Positions 7,331-16,940 of a stretch of 24,691 nucleotides of DNA are shown piece by piece (position 1 is the stretch's first letter; each line of letters starts with the position of its first letter). This DNA comes from Candidatus Zixiibacteriota bacterium. GTDB lineage: Bacteria > Zixibacteria > MSB-5A5 > WJJR01. The stretch is taken from the NCBI GenBank assembly GCA_036170655.1, contig JAVHPP010000182.1:1-24691 (forward strand). Direction: 5' to 3'. The position numbers and the translations under genes were made by a program. The notes under the pieces were generated by a model. That model ran no database searches and was not told the origin of the DNA. It saw only the letters and a program-made list of their open reading frames with translations.

Positions 7331-8884
7331 TTACAGCGGGATGTTTCCGTGCTTCTTGGGGGGATTTGTGTCTTTCTTGGTCTGGAGCAGGTCCAGCGCG
7401 TGGATCAGGCGCGCACGGGTTTCGTGCGGTTCGATGACATCATCGAGATACCCATACTGGGCGGCAATGTAGGGGTTTGCGAACTTGGACCGGTATTCCT
7501 CCGCGAGCCGTTCAATCTCGGCCGCCGGGTCGGCAGCGGTGTTGATCTGCTGACGGAAGATGATTTCGGCTGCTCCCTTGGGCCCCATGACGGCGATTTC
7601 CGCCGTTGGCCAGGCTACGTTGTAATCACCGCGCACATGCTTCGAGTTCATGACGTCGTAAGCGCCACCGTAGGCCTTGCGGGTGATCACGGTCACCTTG
7701 GGCACCGTCGCCTCGCAAAACGCGTAGAGCAGCTTGGCTCCGTGCTTGATGATGCCGCCATGTTCCTGCGCCACGCCCGGCAGAAAGCCGGGAACGTCCT
7801 CGAAGACGACCAGCGGAATGTTGAAGCAATCGCAGGTTCGCACAAAACGCGCGCCCTTCGCCGATGAGGCGATGTCCAAAACTCCGGCGAGAACCGCCGG
7901 CTGGTTGGCGATAATTCCGACCGGGCGTCCGGACAGCCGTGCGAACCCGATCACCAGATTGGCCGCATGGTCCGGCTGAATCTCCAAGAACTCACCGTTG
8001 TCGACCACGTGTGCAATCACATCTTTGATATCGTACGGTTTGTGCGGATCGGGCGGCACGACGGTGTCCAGAACTGCATCCGCCCGGCCGGCCGGATCGT
8101 CGCAGGCACGGCACGGTGGATCGTCCAAATTGTTCTGTGGCAAAAAACCGAACAACTTGCGCGTCAACAGGAGCGTGGCGGCATCATTCTCGCCGACCAG
8201 ATGCGCGACGCCGCTTTTCTCGGCGTGCACCTGCGCGCCACCGAGACCTTCGAGATCGATTTCCTCGTGGGTGACCGTCTTGACGACGTTGGGTCCGGTC
8301 ACAAACATGTACGATGTGCCCTGCACCATCAGGACGAAATCAGTGATTGCCGGTGAATAGACCGCGCCACCGGCGCAGGGACCGAGGATGACCGAAAGTT
8401 GCGGAATGACTCCGGAGCACAGCGTGTTGCGCAGAAAAATATCCGCATACGCTCCCAGCGACACGACCCCTTCCTGGATTCGCGCCCCGCCCGAATCGTT
8501 GAGTCCGATCACCGGGCAGCCCGTTTTCAGTGCCAGATCCATGATCTTGCAGATTTTGCGCGCATGTCCCTCGGCCAGCGACCCGCCAAACACGGTAAAA
8601 TCCTGGCTGAAGACGAAGACCACACGGCCTTCAATCCGTCCCGAGCCGGTGACCACGCCGTCACCCAACGGACGCTGATCGGCCAGCCCGAAGTCAGTCG
8701 AGCGATGCGTCACAAATCGGTCGATTTCTTGGAAGGATCCCTCATCGAGCAGGATGTCCACACGCTCGCGCGCAAGGAGTTTTCCCTTAGCGTGCTGGTC
8801 GGCGGTACGTTTGGCCCCGCCCGGCTCGGCGGCCAGACGGCGCATCTCGTTAAGGCGGTCGTTTGGAGAAGAATCGTTTTTCAT
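7331..8884 (-). CDS. pccB: Acyl-CoA carboxylase carboxyltransferase (beta) subunit, PccB/MmdA-like
   Basis: Motifs [50 protein letters not shown] and C-terminal KKHGNIPL; likely start MKNDSS. Confidence 0.93.
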   Translation of the reverse strand: MKNDSSPNDRLNEMRRLAAEPGGAKRTADQHAKGKLLARERVDILLDEGSFQEIDRFVTHRSTDFGLADQRPLGDGVVTGSGRIEGRVVFVFSQDFTVFGGSLAEGHARKICKIMDLALKTGCPVIGLNDSGGARIQEGVVSLGAYADIFLRNTLCSGVIPQLSVILGPCAGGAVYSPAITDFVLMVQGTSYMFVTGPNVVKTVTHEEIDLEGLGGAQVHAEKSGVAHLVGENDAATLLLTRKLFGFLPQNNLDDPPCRACDDPAGRADAVLDTVVPPDPHKPYDIKDVIAHVVDNGEFLEIQPDHAANLVIGFARLSGRPVGIIANQPAVLAGVLDIASSAKGARFVRTCDCFNIPLVVFEDVPGFLPGVAQEHGGIIKHGAKLLYAFCEATVPKVTVITRKAYGGAYDVMNSKHVRGDYNVAWPTAEIAVMGPKGAAEIIFRQQINTAADPAAEIERLAEEYRSKFANPYIAAQYGYLDDVIEPHETRARLIHALDLLQTKKDTNPPKKHGNIPL

Positions 8885-8942
8885 AGATACTCGTTGCGGA
8901 AACGCCGGCGGGCACACTGCGGTGCGCTCCTACAGGCACGTA

Positions 8943-9815
8943 TCACATTGAGACGATAGCGACATCAATCGGAACAACGTCCATCCATTTCTTCTTCTGA
9001 ATGATGCGGCCAAGAAGGAACTCGGCGTCGTGATCGAAGCCGATCACTGTCTTGGTGTCGCAACATTCGGCCAGCAGAGCACGCTTCGCCTTCATGGTGT
9101 CCAGTGGAAACAGGTCGACCGCGGCCACATAGGGGCCTTTCAAGTGGAACCGCGTGGGGATGATGTCCGCGTAATAGAGGAAACGCTCGCCGGCCGACAT
9201 CACCTCAACACCCTGATGACCACGAGTATGGCCTCCGGTCTTCTTCACTCGGACGCCCGGCATGATTTCGGTATCGCCGTTGAGCAATTGCAGGCGGCCG
9301 CTGCCGTCCAGAAGCTGCAGACGCGGCCGGATGTAGACCGCGTCGGTGCGCTCGTTGGGCGTCATCGCATCTTCCCACTCGTCGGCCTGGACATAGTAAC
9401 GCGCATTGGGGAAGCGCAGCGCCGGATGATCGGGATCGCCCGTGAACGCGCCGTTCGCGTGATCGGTATGCAGGTGAGTGAAGATGACGTGCGTGATCAT
9501 CTCCGGGGGCACGCCAATGGCCGCGAGGGACGCATCCATGCGCGACGGTCCACGGGGCGCGTAGACCTTCCGGTCAAACTCCGACAAGGCATCACCCAAA
9601 CCCGTATCGAGAATGATCCTGGCGCTATCGCTTTTGATCACAAACAGATTGGCCCGCATGGGCACGCGGTTCTCCGGATCGGGTGCCACCAGTTTTGCCC
9701 ACATCAAACGGGGAACCACGCCGAACATCGCGCCACCGTCGAGCGCAAACTCGCTCTCGACAAAGGCCGCAACCTCCCAGTCACCAAGCCGGAATGTCTG
9801 AATGGTCGGGTCCAT
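8943..9815 (-). CDS. Metallo-beta-lactamase fold hydrolase (YtnP-like)
   Basis: Motifs FALDGGAMFGVVP, THLHTDH metal site, TGGHT-GHQ and FDHD. Confidence 0.9.
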   Translation of the reverse strand: MDPTIQTFRLGDWEVAAFVESEFALDGGAMFGVVPRLMWAKLVAPDPENRVPMRANLFVIKSDSARIILDTGLGDALSEFDRKVYAPRGPSRMDASLAAIGVPPEMITHVIFTHLHTDHANGAFTGDPDHPALRFPNARYYVQADEWEDAMTPNERTDAVYIRPRLQLLDGSGRLQLLNGDTEIMPGVRVKKTGGHTRGHQGVEVMSAGERFLYYADIIPTRFHLKGPYVAAVDLFPLDTMKAKRALLAECCDTKTVIGFDHDAEFLLGRIIQKKKWMDVVPIDVAIVSM

Positions 9816-9894
9816 GCGTCACTGGGACAGATGTGAAACGCGCCCTTGCCAGAGGACATTATGGGAACAAGGAACGGACGCCGCCGCCTCGCGT

Positions 9895-11055
9895 CTACTC
9901 CCGCAACAACGTCCCCGCAATCACCAGCCGCTGGATCTCTGATGTGCCCTCGTAGATCTCGGTGATCCGCTGGTCGCGGTAGAGTTTCTCGATGATAGAG
10001 AACTCGCCGATGTAGCCATAGCCGGCGTGAATTTGCATGGCCCGGTCCACACAGAACCTGGCCGCTTCTGTGGCGTAGAGTTTGGCCATCGATGCTTCGA
10101 GGCCGAACTTGGCGCCCGCATCCTTGAGTTGCGCTGCCCGGTACACCAAACCGCGCGCCGCCTCGGTACGGACCTGCATGTCGGCAATCATCCACTGGAT
10201 CGCCTGCAGTTTGGCAATCGGCGCGCCAAAGGCATGGCGCTTCTTGGCGTAGTCGATCGACTCGTGCAGCGCCCGTTCGGCAATACCCAGCCCCTGAGCA
10301 GCCACGCCAATGCGGGCTGTGTCCAGCGTCGCCATCGCATAGCGGAATCCCCGGGTGCGTTCACCCATTGCGGCGGAAAGCGGCACGCGGACATCCTTGA
10401 ACCAGATCCGTCCCGTGGTCGCCGCCCTCATTCCCATTTTCTGGCGCAGCGTTTCCTTACGGATGCCATTGCTACCGGTGTCTTCAACCAGCCATGACGA
10501 GATCTTGTTCTCACGGACTCCATTTTCGCTGACCCGGCCAAACAAGACAAAGAGGGTGGCAACATCACCGTGCATGATGAAAATCTTTTCGCCATTGATG
10601 ATATAGTGATCGCCTTCGATCCGGGCTTCGGTCTGCTGATTGGAGGCGTCGGAGCCGGCATTGGGTTCGGTCAACGCGAAGGCCGGGACGATCTCCCCGG
10701 AAATACACTTGGGGACATACTTCTTTTTCTGCTCCTCGGAGGCGAACGCGCAGATTGGTTCGGTCGCGAGGACGGTCACCGCGGCCAAAAGACAGGTCGG
10801 CGGGTCCCAGAAGCACAGCTCTTCGCACAGGGTCGTGTACTCGATGGTGGATCGTCCCTGACCGCCATACTCCTTCGGTAACGGGAACGCAATGAACCCC
10901 GCCTTGGCAAGCTTGCGATAGTAATCAAAGGGAAACTTTTGTGGTTCCGGCCGCTGGTCCAGTTCCCGGGCCACTGGCACGATTTCCTTCTCGGCGAACT
11001 CGCGCACCATGTCACGGATGGGCTGCTGCCGGTTGTCCACGTTAAAGCGAATCAT
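9895..11055 (-). CDS. Acyl-CoA dehydrogenase (short/branched-chain type)
   Basis: Motifs FALTEPNAGSD, INGEKIFI, KMGMRA, QIHAGYGY and EIYEGTSEIQR (catalytic Glu). Start MIRF follows SD GGGGAGG. Confidence 0.93.
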   Translation of the reverse strand: MIRFNVDNRQQPIRDMVREFAEKEIVPVARELDQRPEPQKFPFDYYRKLAKAGFIAFPLPKEYGGQGRSTIEYTTLCEELCFWDPPTCLLAAVTVLATEPICAFASEEQKKKYVPKCISGEIVPAFALTEPNAGSDASNQQTEARIEGDHYIINGEKIFIMHGDVATLFVLFGRVSENGVRENKISSWLVEDTGSNGIRKETLRQKMGMRAATTGRIWFKDVRVPLSAAMGERTRGFRYAMATLDTARIGVAAQGLGIAERALHESIDYAKKRHAFGAPIAKLQAIQWMIADMQVRTEAARGLVYRAAQLKDAGAKFGLEASMAKLYATEAARFCVDRAMQIHAGYGYIGEFSIIEKLYRDQRITEIYEGTSEIQRLVIAGTLLRE

Positions 11056-11189
11056 TGATCCTCCCCAATTTGCCGGTTTCCAATACCTGCGACAACGCCC
11101 AAGAGTACCGTCTTGTGAACGAAAAAGCAAGAGAGGGACACGTGCCTTTGGGGCGGCAATGAGATTTCTGACAGCAGCCGGCCACGGCC

Positions 11190-11603
11190 TTACATGATCG
11201 GCTCGTGTGTCTTTGACGTGGCAACACTGCGGATGTACTCGATGATGTCTTGGGTGGATGTCCCGGGACCAAAGAGCTTGCCGACACCCATGCGTTCGAG
11301 TTCAACGGCTTCCTGATCGGGAATGATCCCGCCGCCAAAGAGATGGATGGAGTCGGCGCCCTTCTCTTTGAGCAACTTGAGGACGTCAGGAAACAGAGTC
11401 ATGTGGGCGCCGGAGAGGATGCTCATGCCGATGAAATCGACATCCTCCTGGATCGCGGCTTCAACGATCATGTCCGGGGTCTGACGCAGCCCGGTATAGA
11501 TGACTTCCATGCCGGCATCGCGCAGAGCGGCGGCGATCACTTTGATGCCCCGGTCGTGGCCGTCAAGACCGGGCTTGGCGAGAAGAACGCGGATTCGTTT
11601 CAT
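11190..11603 (-). CDS. Cobalamin-binding small subunit of an acyl-CoA mutase (IcmB/McmB-like)
   Basis: [11 protein letters not shown] (DxHxxG base-off/His-on motif), SILSGAH and GGGIIP. Confidence 0.93.
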   Translation of the reverse strand: MKRIRVLLAKPGLDGHDRGIKVIAAALRDAGMEVIYTGLRQTPDMIVEAAIQEDVDFIGMSILSGAHMTLFPDVLKLLKEKGADSIHLFGGGIIPDQEAVELERMGVGKLFGPGTSTQDIIEYIRSVATSKTHEPIM

Positions 11604-11637
11604 CAGTCGAGATACCTGTCAGATATTGGGAGCATCC

Positions 11638-12396
11638 TTACAGTGGTTCCTTGCGGAAGTATTCCGCCAGCCAGCCCCGCCGACCAACCGAGTGGAAAAC
11701 GAATGACGCGATTTCCTTTTCGCTGCCGGGGAAATCCGGCGGGATCGGGAACGGAGTCAGCACCCCCAGCAGGTGTGTATCGATCAGGTGACGGACATAC
11801 GCTGCGACATATTCCGGGGGCTGCTTGCCCATCTGGCCCTCACCGGTGACCCAGATGCGGGTGATGGCGGCGCTCTCCGTCGGCACCACGCGGAAGTTGG
11901 TCATGAACATTAACTCGCCCGTCCAACTGCGGCGGAAGTACAATCGCGCGTCGCGGCAGTCAACCATCCAGAGGTCTTCCATGCTTTGCGCGCGCATACC
12001 CTCCGCCATCAGGTTTGCCTGCTCATAATCGAACTCCCAGTCGACCGCGACAAGCCAGGATTGCTCCGGAGATTTGCCCTCCAGCTCGTCGCCATCGGAT
12101 TGCATCAAATGAAGAAACTTCTCCGTGACGGTCTTGTCGGATGTCGTCATGTGCATGCCCAGAGCATAGGCACGGCAATCGAGGACCTTGCGGCCGGTGG
12201 GCGAATCTTCACCGAGAAGCCAGTGGGCATCTGGCAGATTGGCATCATCCGTTGAGGGCGCCTTGGAATCGGCACAATCAGCGGCCGCCGCCTCGTCACG
12301 CCGCTCCTGCCCCTTTCTGATCGCGTACTGGATACCCCAAAAGAGAATCGGGATGAGCACCCATCCGTACGCGGCTAATGAATCGTAGGCATCCAT
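11638..12396 (-). CDS. Hypothetical protein with an N-terminal membrane anchor
   Basis: ATG 14 nt after the mutase stop, preceded by GAGG. Hydrophobic segment YGWVLIPILFWGIQYAI, then a globular part containing MEDLW...LYFRRSWTG. Confidence 0.7.
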   Translation of the reverse strand: MDAYDSLAAYGWVLIPILFWGIQYAIRKGQERRDEAAAADCADSKAPSTDDANLPDAHWLLGEDSPTGRKVLDCRAYALGMHMTTSDKTVTEKFLHLMQSDGDELEGKSPEQSWLVAVDWEFDYEQANLMAEGMRAQSMEDLWMVDCRDARLYFRRSWTGELMFMTNFRVVPTESAAITRIWVTGEGQMGKQPPEYVAAYVRHLIDTHLLGVLTPFPIPPDFPGSEKEIASFVFHSVGRRGWLAEYFRKEPL

Positions 12397-12410
12397 GGCA
12401 GCGCCAGTCC

Positions 12411-14135
12411 TCAAATCATGGGCGGTTCTTCGTACTCGCCGTAGATGCCACGCAACACGTCGACCATTTCACCGAGCGTGGTGTACACACGAGCGCATTC
12501 GATGAACGACGGCATCAGGTTATCGCCGCGTTCCGCGGCGTCCCTCAGATCATCCAAAGTGCGGCGCACTTTATCATTGTCGCGCGCCTGCCGCAACTGA
12601 CGGAGCGACGCAATCTGCTCGCGCTCGACCGATTCGTCGATCTTCAGCAGGGGGATTTCGAGCTTCTCGCCGTCCATGGTGAACTTGTTGACGCCGACCA
12701 CAACACGCTCGCCATTCTCCACCGCTTGCTGATAGATATACGCCGATTTGGCGAGTTCACGCTGAAAGTACCCCTGATCGATGGCGGCGAGGACACCACC
12801 ACGGCGTTCGATCTCGGCGAATATCGCTTCGGCTTCGTCTTCCATCTGCCGGGTCAGTGATTCGACAAAGTATGATCCGGCCAGCGGATCGATCGTGTTC
12901 GCAACGCCGGACTCGTAGGCAACCAGTTGCTGTGTACGCAGCGCAATCAGCGCCGCCTTTTCCGAGGGGAGCGCCAGAGTTTCATCCATGGAATTGGTAT
13001 GCAGCGATTGAGTGCCCCCCAGCGCGGCGGCCATCGCCTGCCAGGTTACGCGGACGATGTTGTTTTCCGGCTGCTGTGCGGTGAGCGAGACACCCGCGGT
13101 CTGGGTGTGGAAACGGCAGAGCCAGGAACGTTCATCTTGGGCGTTATAATGATCGCGCATGTGGCGCGCCCAGATTTTGCGCGCGGCGCGGTACTTGGCG
13201 ATCTCCTCGAAGAAGTCGAGATGGGAGTTGAAGAAGAACGACAGGCGCGGAGCGAACTCATCGACATCCAGTCCGCGCGCCATCGCCGCCTCGACATAGG
13301 CAAAACCATCGGCCAGTGTGTATGCCAGCTCTTGAACGGCGGTCGATCCGGCTTCGCGGATGTGGTACCCGGAGATCGAGATGGTATTCCACTGCGGCAT
13401 CTGGCGGGTGCCAAACTCGATTGTGTCGACGATCAGCTTCATCGACTGCGCCGGCGGGAAGATCCACTCTTTCTGCGCGATGTACTCTTTGAGAATGTCG
13501 TTCTGCAAAGTCCCGCGCAACTGGTCGGGACGGACACCCTGTTTCTCGGCAACCACAATGTAGAATGCCAGGATGATCGCGGCGGGAGCGTTGATGGTCA
13601 TCGACGTGGAGATTTTCCCGAGATCGATCCCTTTGAAGATGATCTCCATGTCTTTCAGCGAATCGACCGTCACCCCGCAAACCCCAACTTCGCCGCGCGA
13701 GCGGGCATGATCAGAATCGTAACCCATCAGGGTCGGCAGATCGAACGCCACCGACAATCCCATCTGTCCCTGCTTGAGCAGGAAGTGGTAGCGCTCGTTG
13801 GTCTGCGACGCGTTCCCCATGCCGGAGAACTGGCGCATGGTCCACAAGCGCTTGCGGTACATTTCCGGGTGGATGCCCCGCGTGTACGGCGGAAAACCGG
13901 GATACCCGATCTCCTTGAGGAAATCGATCTGCTCCACATCCCGTGGAGTGTACAAATCATTGACCGGCGTCGATGACACCGTCATGAACTTGCGCCCGTC
14001 GAGGTGATCCGGCGCCTGCACCTGAGATTTCCACTCCGCATGGGCCTCGTCGAGACGACGATGCACAGATTTCGGCAGGGCCGAACCGACGCGTTTGGTC
14101 AACGTCTTCTTCGATGACTGTGGGACTCCGCTCAT
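12411..14135 (-). CDS. B12-dependent acyl-CoA mutase large (substrate-binding) subunit, methylmalonyl-CoA mutase family, with isobutyryl-CoA-mutase-type residues
   Basis: Motifs [54 protein letters not shown] and [10 protein letters not shown]; no fused B12-binding domain. Confidence 0.93.
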   Translation of the reverse strand: MSGVPQSSKKTLTKRVGSALPKSVHRRLDEAHAEWKSQVQAPDHLDGRKFMTVSSTPVNDLYTPRDVEQIDFLKEIGYPGFPPYTRGIHPEMYRKRLWTMRQFSGMGNASQTNERYHFLLKQGQMGLSVAFDLPTLMGYDSDHARSRGEVGVCGVTVDSLKDMEIIFKGIDLGKISTSMTINAPAAIILAFYIVVAEKQGVRPDQLRGTLQNDILKEYIAQKEWIFPPAQSMKLIVDTIEFGTRQMPQWNTISISGYHIREAGSTAVQELAYTLADGFAYVEAAMARGLDVDEFAPRLSFFFNSHLDFFEEIAKYRAARKIWARHMRDHYNAQDERSWLCRFHTQTAGVSLTAQQPENNIVRVTWQAMAAALGGTQSLHTNSMDETLALPSEKAALIALRTQQLVAYESGVANTIDPLAGSYFVESLTRQMEDEAEAIFAEIERRGGVLAAIDQGYFQRELAKSAYIYQQAVENGERVVVGVNKFTMDGEKLEIPLLKIDESVEREQIASLRQLRQARDNDKVRRTLDDLRDAAERGDNLMPSFIECARVYTTLGEMVDVLRGIYGEYEEPPMI

Positions 14136-14204
14136 GGCTTGACTCGTCTGACGACGATCTCACAATGTGGACAGCATCTCGCCGATCGCGTCATCTACAA
14201 CGCC

Positions 14205-14233
14205 AATATGCGCAGCGAACAGTTTATTGTCCA
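14205..14233 (-). promoter_or_regulatory. Putative sigma-70 promoter of the mutase cluster
   Basis: Minus strand TGGACA-N17-CATATT about 70 bp upstream of the mutase ATG. Confidence 0.45.
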
Positions 14234-14307
14234 ATCATTTGTGGGGTGGACGCAACGGCGGCGATTAACGCAGCGCCTCGCGCCGTTACGAGAGCGTCTC
14301 GCCCGTG

Positions 14308-14778
14308 CTACCCTGCCAGCCGTCGTTGGAGATCGGCCATTTCGATCGCGCTCATGGCGGCATCGGCGCCTTTGTTACCCGCCTTGACACCGGCGCGTTC
14401 GATCGCCTGCTCGAGCGTGTCAGTGGTGATGACACCGTAGATCACCGGCGTGCCGGTGTCCATACCGGCCTGGGCGATGCCTTTGGTGACTTCGGCCGCA
14501 ATGAAGTCGAAATGCGGCGTGTCACCGCGAATCACGGCGCCGAGCGCGATGACGGCGTCATAGCGCCCGGCCGCCGCGAGCCGGCGTGTCACAGGCGGAA
14601 TCTCGAACGAGCCAGGCACACGCACCAGCGTGATGTCCCCGTCGGCGGCGCCATGCCGCACGAGCGTGTCGATGCACCCCTCGACCAGACGGTCGGTGAT
14701 GAAGTGATTGAAGCGGGAAGCCACAAGGGCGAATTTCATGCCTGTGGCGCTGAGCCGGCCTTCGATGATGTTGGGCAT
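14308..14778 (-). CDS. ribH: 6,7-dimethyl-8-ribityllumazine synthase
   Basis: MPNIIEG...VASRFN...VPGSFEIP...[15 protein letters not shown]...GNKG; SD AAAGGTGG. Confidence 0.96.
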   Translation of the reverse strand: MPNIIEGRLSATGMKFALVASRFNHFITDRLVEGCIDTLVRHGAADGDITLVRVPGSFEIPPVTRRLAAAGRYDAVIALGAVIRGDTPHFDFIAAEVTKGIAQAGMDTGTPVIYGVITTDTLEQAIERAGVKAGNKGADAAMSAIEMADLQRRLAG

Positions 14779-14904
14779 ATCCGTGAATCCACCTTTCTGA
14801 TTTGATGCATCTAATTTCTGCCGTGTGCGGCCACGGATTGTCGATGATCCCGCTCTTCGCAGGGGATATTCCCGCTTCTCACGGCGGGCATGCTGGCAAA
14901 TGTC

Positions 14905-14928
14905 GGGCACGGCAAGCCGTGCCCCTAC
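14905..14928 (-). repeat. REP family A copy overlapping the ribBA stop codon
   Basis: GGGCACGGCAAGCCGTGCCCCTAC; the minus-strand GTAG supplies the TAG stop. Confidence 0.8.
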
Positions 14929-16178
14929 ACACGTTCCAGCGCTTCGAGCCAGTGTCCCAGCTTGTCGCGCTTGGTCATCAGGTACCCCCGATTGCGGTCG
15001 GACGGCACGATCTCGATCGGTACACGTTCGGTCACATTGAGGCCATACCCGCTCAGGCCAATGATCTTCTTTGGATTGTTGGTCAAAAGGCGCACAGAGG
15101 AGAGACCCAGATCGAGAAGAATCTGCGCGCCGATGCCGTAATCGCGCAGATCGGGGGCGAAGCCAAGTTCGATATTCGCTTCGACCGTATCGCGGCCCTG
15201 CTCCTGGAGATGGTAGGCCTTGATCTTGTTGAGCAGACCGATGCCGCGTCCCTCCTGCCGCATGTAGAGGAACACGCCTTCGTTGGCGGCGTTGATCATG
15301 CGCAGCGCGCCAACGAGCTGCCCGCCGCAATCGCAGCGGTCCGAGCCGAAGACGTCGCCAGTCAGGCACTGCGAGTGCACGCGGACAAGGACATTTTCCT
15401 TTCCCGCCACCTCGCCGCGAACGAGAGCGACATGGCACTCACAGTCGACGGTCGATTCGTAGAGATGCAGCCGGAACTGGCCATTGCGCGTGGGCAGGTC
15501 GATCTCTTCCACCTTGCGGATCAATTTCTCGGTGCGCCGCCGGTGGGCGATCAGATCAGCAATCGAAATCATCTTCAGATTGAAGCGCGCGGCAATCTGA
15601 CGCAGCTTGGGGAGACGCGCCATGGAGCCGTCATCGTCCATCACTTCGCACAACACCGCCGCCGGCGCAAATCCAGCCAGCCGCGCAAGGTCAACGGCCG
15701 CTTCGGTGTGACCGGTGCGCACGAGGACACCGCCCTCGCGCGCTTCGAGCGGGAAGACATGGCCGGGACGGGCCAGATCGGCGGGACGGGTCGCGGGATC
15801 GACGAGCGCGCGGATGGTCAGACAGCGGTCGGATGCCGAGATGCCCGTGGTCGTGCCGTGGATCAGATCGACCGATTCGGTGAATGCGGTTTGCAGCCGC
15901 GCGGTGTTGTGCGAGACCATCGGGTGCAAATCCAGCTCCGCGAGGCGCCGGCCTTCGAGCGGCACACAGACCAGACCGCGCCCATGCGTCACAAGAACGT
16001 TGATCTTCTCCGGCGTCGCGAGTTGCGCGGCCATGACAAAGTCGCCCTCGTTTTCACGCGCCTCGTCATCGACAACGATGATGATCTCGCCCGCGCGGAT
16101 CGCGTCGATGGCTTCCCCCACCGTGTTCAGGTCCGAGCCGTCGCTGTTGCCATTGCGTAGTGTCAGTTCACCGATCAT
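14925..16178 (-). CDS. ribBA: Bifunctional 3,4-dihydroxy-2-butanone-4-phosphate synthase / GTP cyclohydrolase II
   Basis: DHBPS motifs [20 protein letters not shown] and RTGHTEA; GCH II motifs [27 protein letters not shown] and TNNPKK. Start MIGEL follows SD AAGGAG. Confidence 0.96.
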   Translation of the reverse strand: MIGELTLRNGNSDGSDLNTVGEAIDAIRAGEIIIVVDDEARENEGDFVMAAQLATPEKINVLVTHGRGLVCVPLEGRRLAELDLHPMVSHNTARLQTAFTESVDLIHGTTTGISASDRCLTIRALVDPATRPADLARPGHVFPLEAREGGVLVRTGHTEAAVDLARLAGFAPAAVLCEVMDDDGSMARLPKLRQIAARFNLKMISIADLIAHRRRTEKLIRKVEEIDLPTRNGQFRLHLYESTVDCECHVALVRGEVAGKENVLVRVHSQCLTGDVFGSDRCDCGGQLVGALRMINAANEGVFLYMRQEGRGIGLLNKIKAYHLQEQGRDTVEANIELGFAPDLRDYGIGAQILLDLGLSSVRLLTNNPKKIIGLSGYGLNVTERVPIEIVPSDRNRGYLMTKRDKLGHWLEALERV

Positions 16179-16202
16179 TGGATCGCTCCTTGGTCGCAAC
16201 TT

Positions 16203-16284
16203 ATGAATTATGAATGATGAAAAGCCGAAGGACTTATCGATGTCGAAAGAGAATGCTTCATCCTTCATCCTTCATAATTCATCC
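16203..16284. repeat. Inverted heptamer arrays (ATGAAKK / TTCATMM) between ribE and ribBA
   Basis: ATGAATT ATGAATG ATGAA (16203-16221) faces TTCATCC TTCATCC TTCATAA TTCATCC (16257-16284). Confidence 0.75.
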
Positions 16285-16940
16285 TTTCCTCCGGTCCTTG
16301 CCAGCAACGCCTCATCGATTCTGCCCGATGACGGTTGCAAACGTTCTTGATTCTGGACCACCGCTTTGACGATCTGATCGAACTCGATATTGACCGGATC
16401 GCCGGTGCGCAACGCGCCGAGCGTCGTGCGCGCGAGCGTTTCCGGAATCAGGGCGACCTTCAGTGCGCCACGTTCTCGACCCGCCTGCATGACCGTGGCA
16501 ATAGTCAGACTGACACCATCAATCGCGATGGAACCCTGCGGGAGGGTCCAGCGTGCAAACGCCGCGGGAAAGGCCACGGCGAGATCATAACCCGACGGCG
16601 TGTCGCGGCGCTCGGAAACGCTGCCCACCGTATCGACATGGCCGCTGACAATATGACCGCCGAAGCGGCCGTCGGCGCGCAACGCGAGTTCGAGATTGAC
16701 GCGCTGTCCGACACGCCAGCGCGCGAAGGTCGTCTTCTTGAGCGTTTCCGGGATCGCCGTGCCGGAGAAGCGGCCGCGAGTCACGGACTCCACTGTCTGG
16801 CAAGCGCCGACGACACTGATCGAGTCGCCTTTCTTGAGTTGTGAAGCACACTGGGGCGCGTGGATCGTCCACCGCAACCCGTTAGCGGTGCGCTGCACCT
16901 CCGCAACCTCGCCGATTTCCGCAACGATGCCGGTGAACAT
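16272..16940 (-). CDS. ribE: Riboflavin synthase (alpha chain; ribC in E. coli nomenclature)
   Basis: N-terminal MFTGIV, GDSISV-GAC-TV, VNLE, GGHIVSGHVD and GSIAIDGVSLT; its ATG overlaps the ribD stop (TGATG). Confidence 0.96.
   Translation of the reverse strand: MFTGIVAEIGEVAEVQRTANGLRWTIHAPQCASQLKKGDSISVVGACQTVESVTRGRFSGTAIPETLKKTTFARWRVGQRVNLELALRADGRFGGHIVSGHVDTVGSVSERRDTPSGYDLAVAFPAAFARWTLPQGSIAIDGVSLTIATVMQAGRERGALKVALIPETLARTTLGALRTGDPVNIEFDQIVKAVVQNQERLQPSSGRIDEALLARTGGKDEL

Noticed and set aside
14136..14307. Cobalamin riboswitch upstream of the B12-dependent mutase
   Set aside because: No B12-box or GGGAA/GCCACTG core is visible, and the space is short.
14779..15438. 376-aa ORF suggesting a RibH N-terminal extension or a frameshift fusion with RibBA
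   Set aside because: The extension is an alternative frame of ribBA plus REP DNA. ribH has its own SD and canonical start at 14778, and no slippery site is evident.
14802..16160. Long plus-strand ORFs (452 aa here; also 12927-13976, 17231-18250, 22943-24004, 9030-9836)
   Set aside because: These are antisense shadows of well-supported minus-strand genes, expected in GC-rich DNA, and show no recognisable motifs.
16179..16268. Extended ribBA N-terminus [12 protein letters not shown]...
   Set aside because: It translates the heptamer repeat element; a good SD (AAGGAG) precedes the ATG at 16178.
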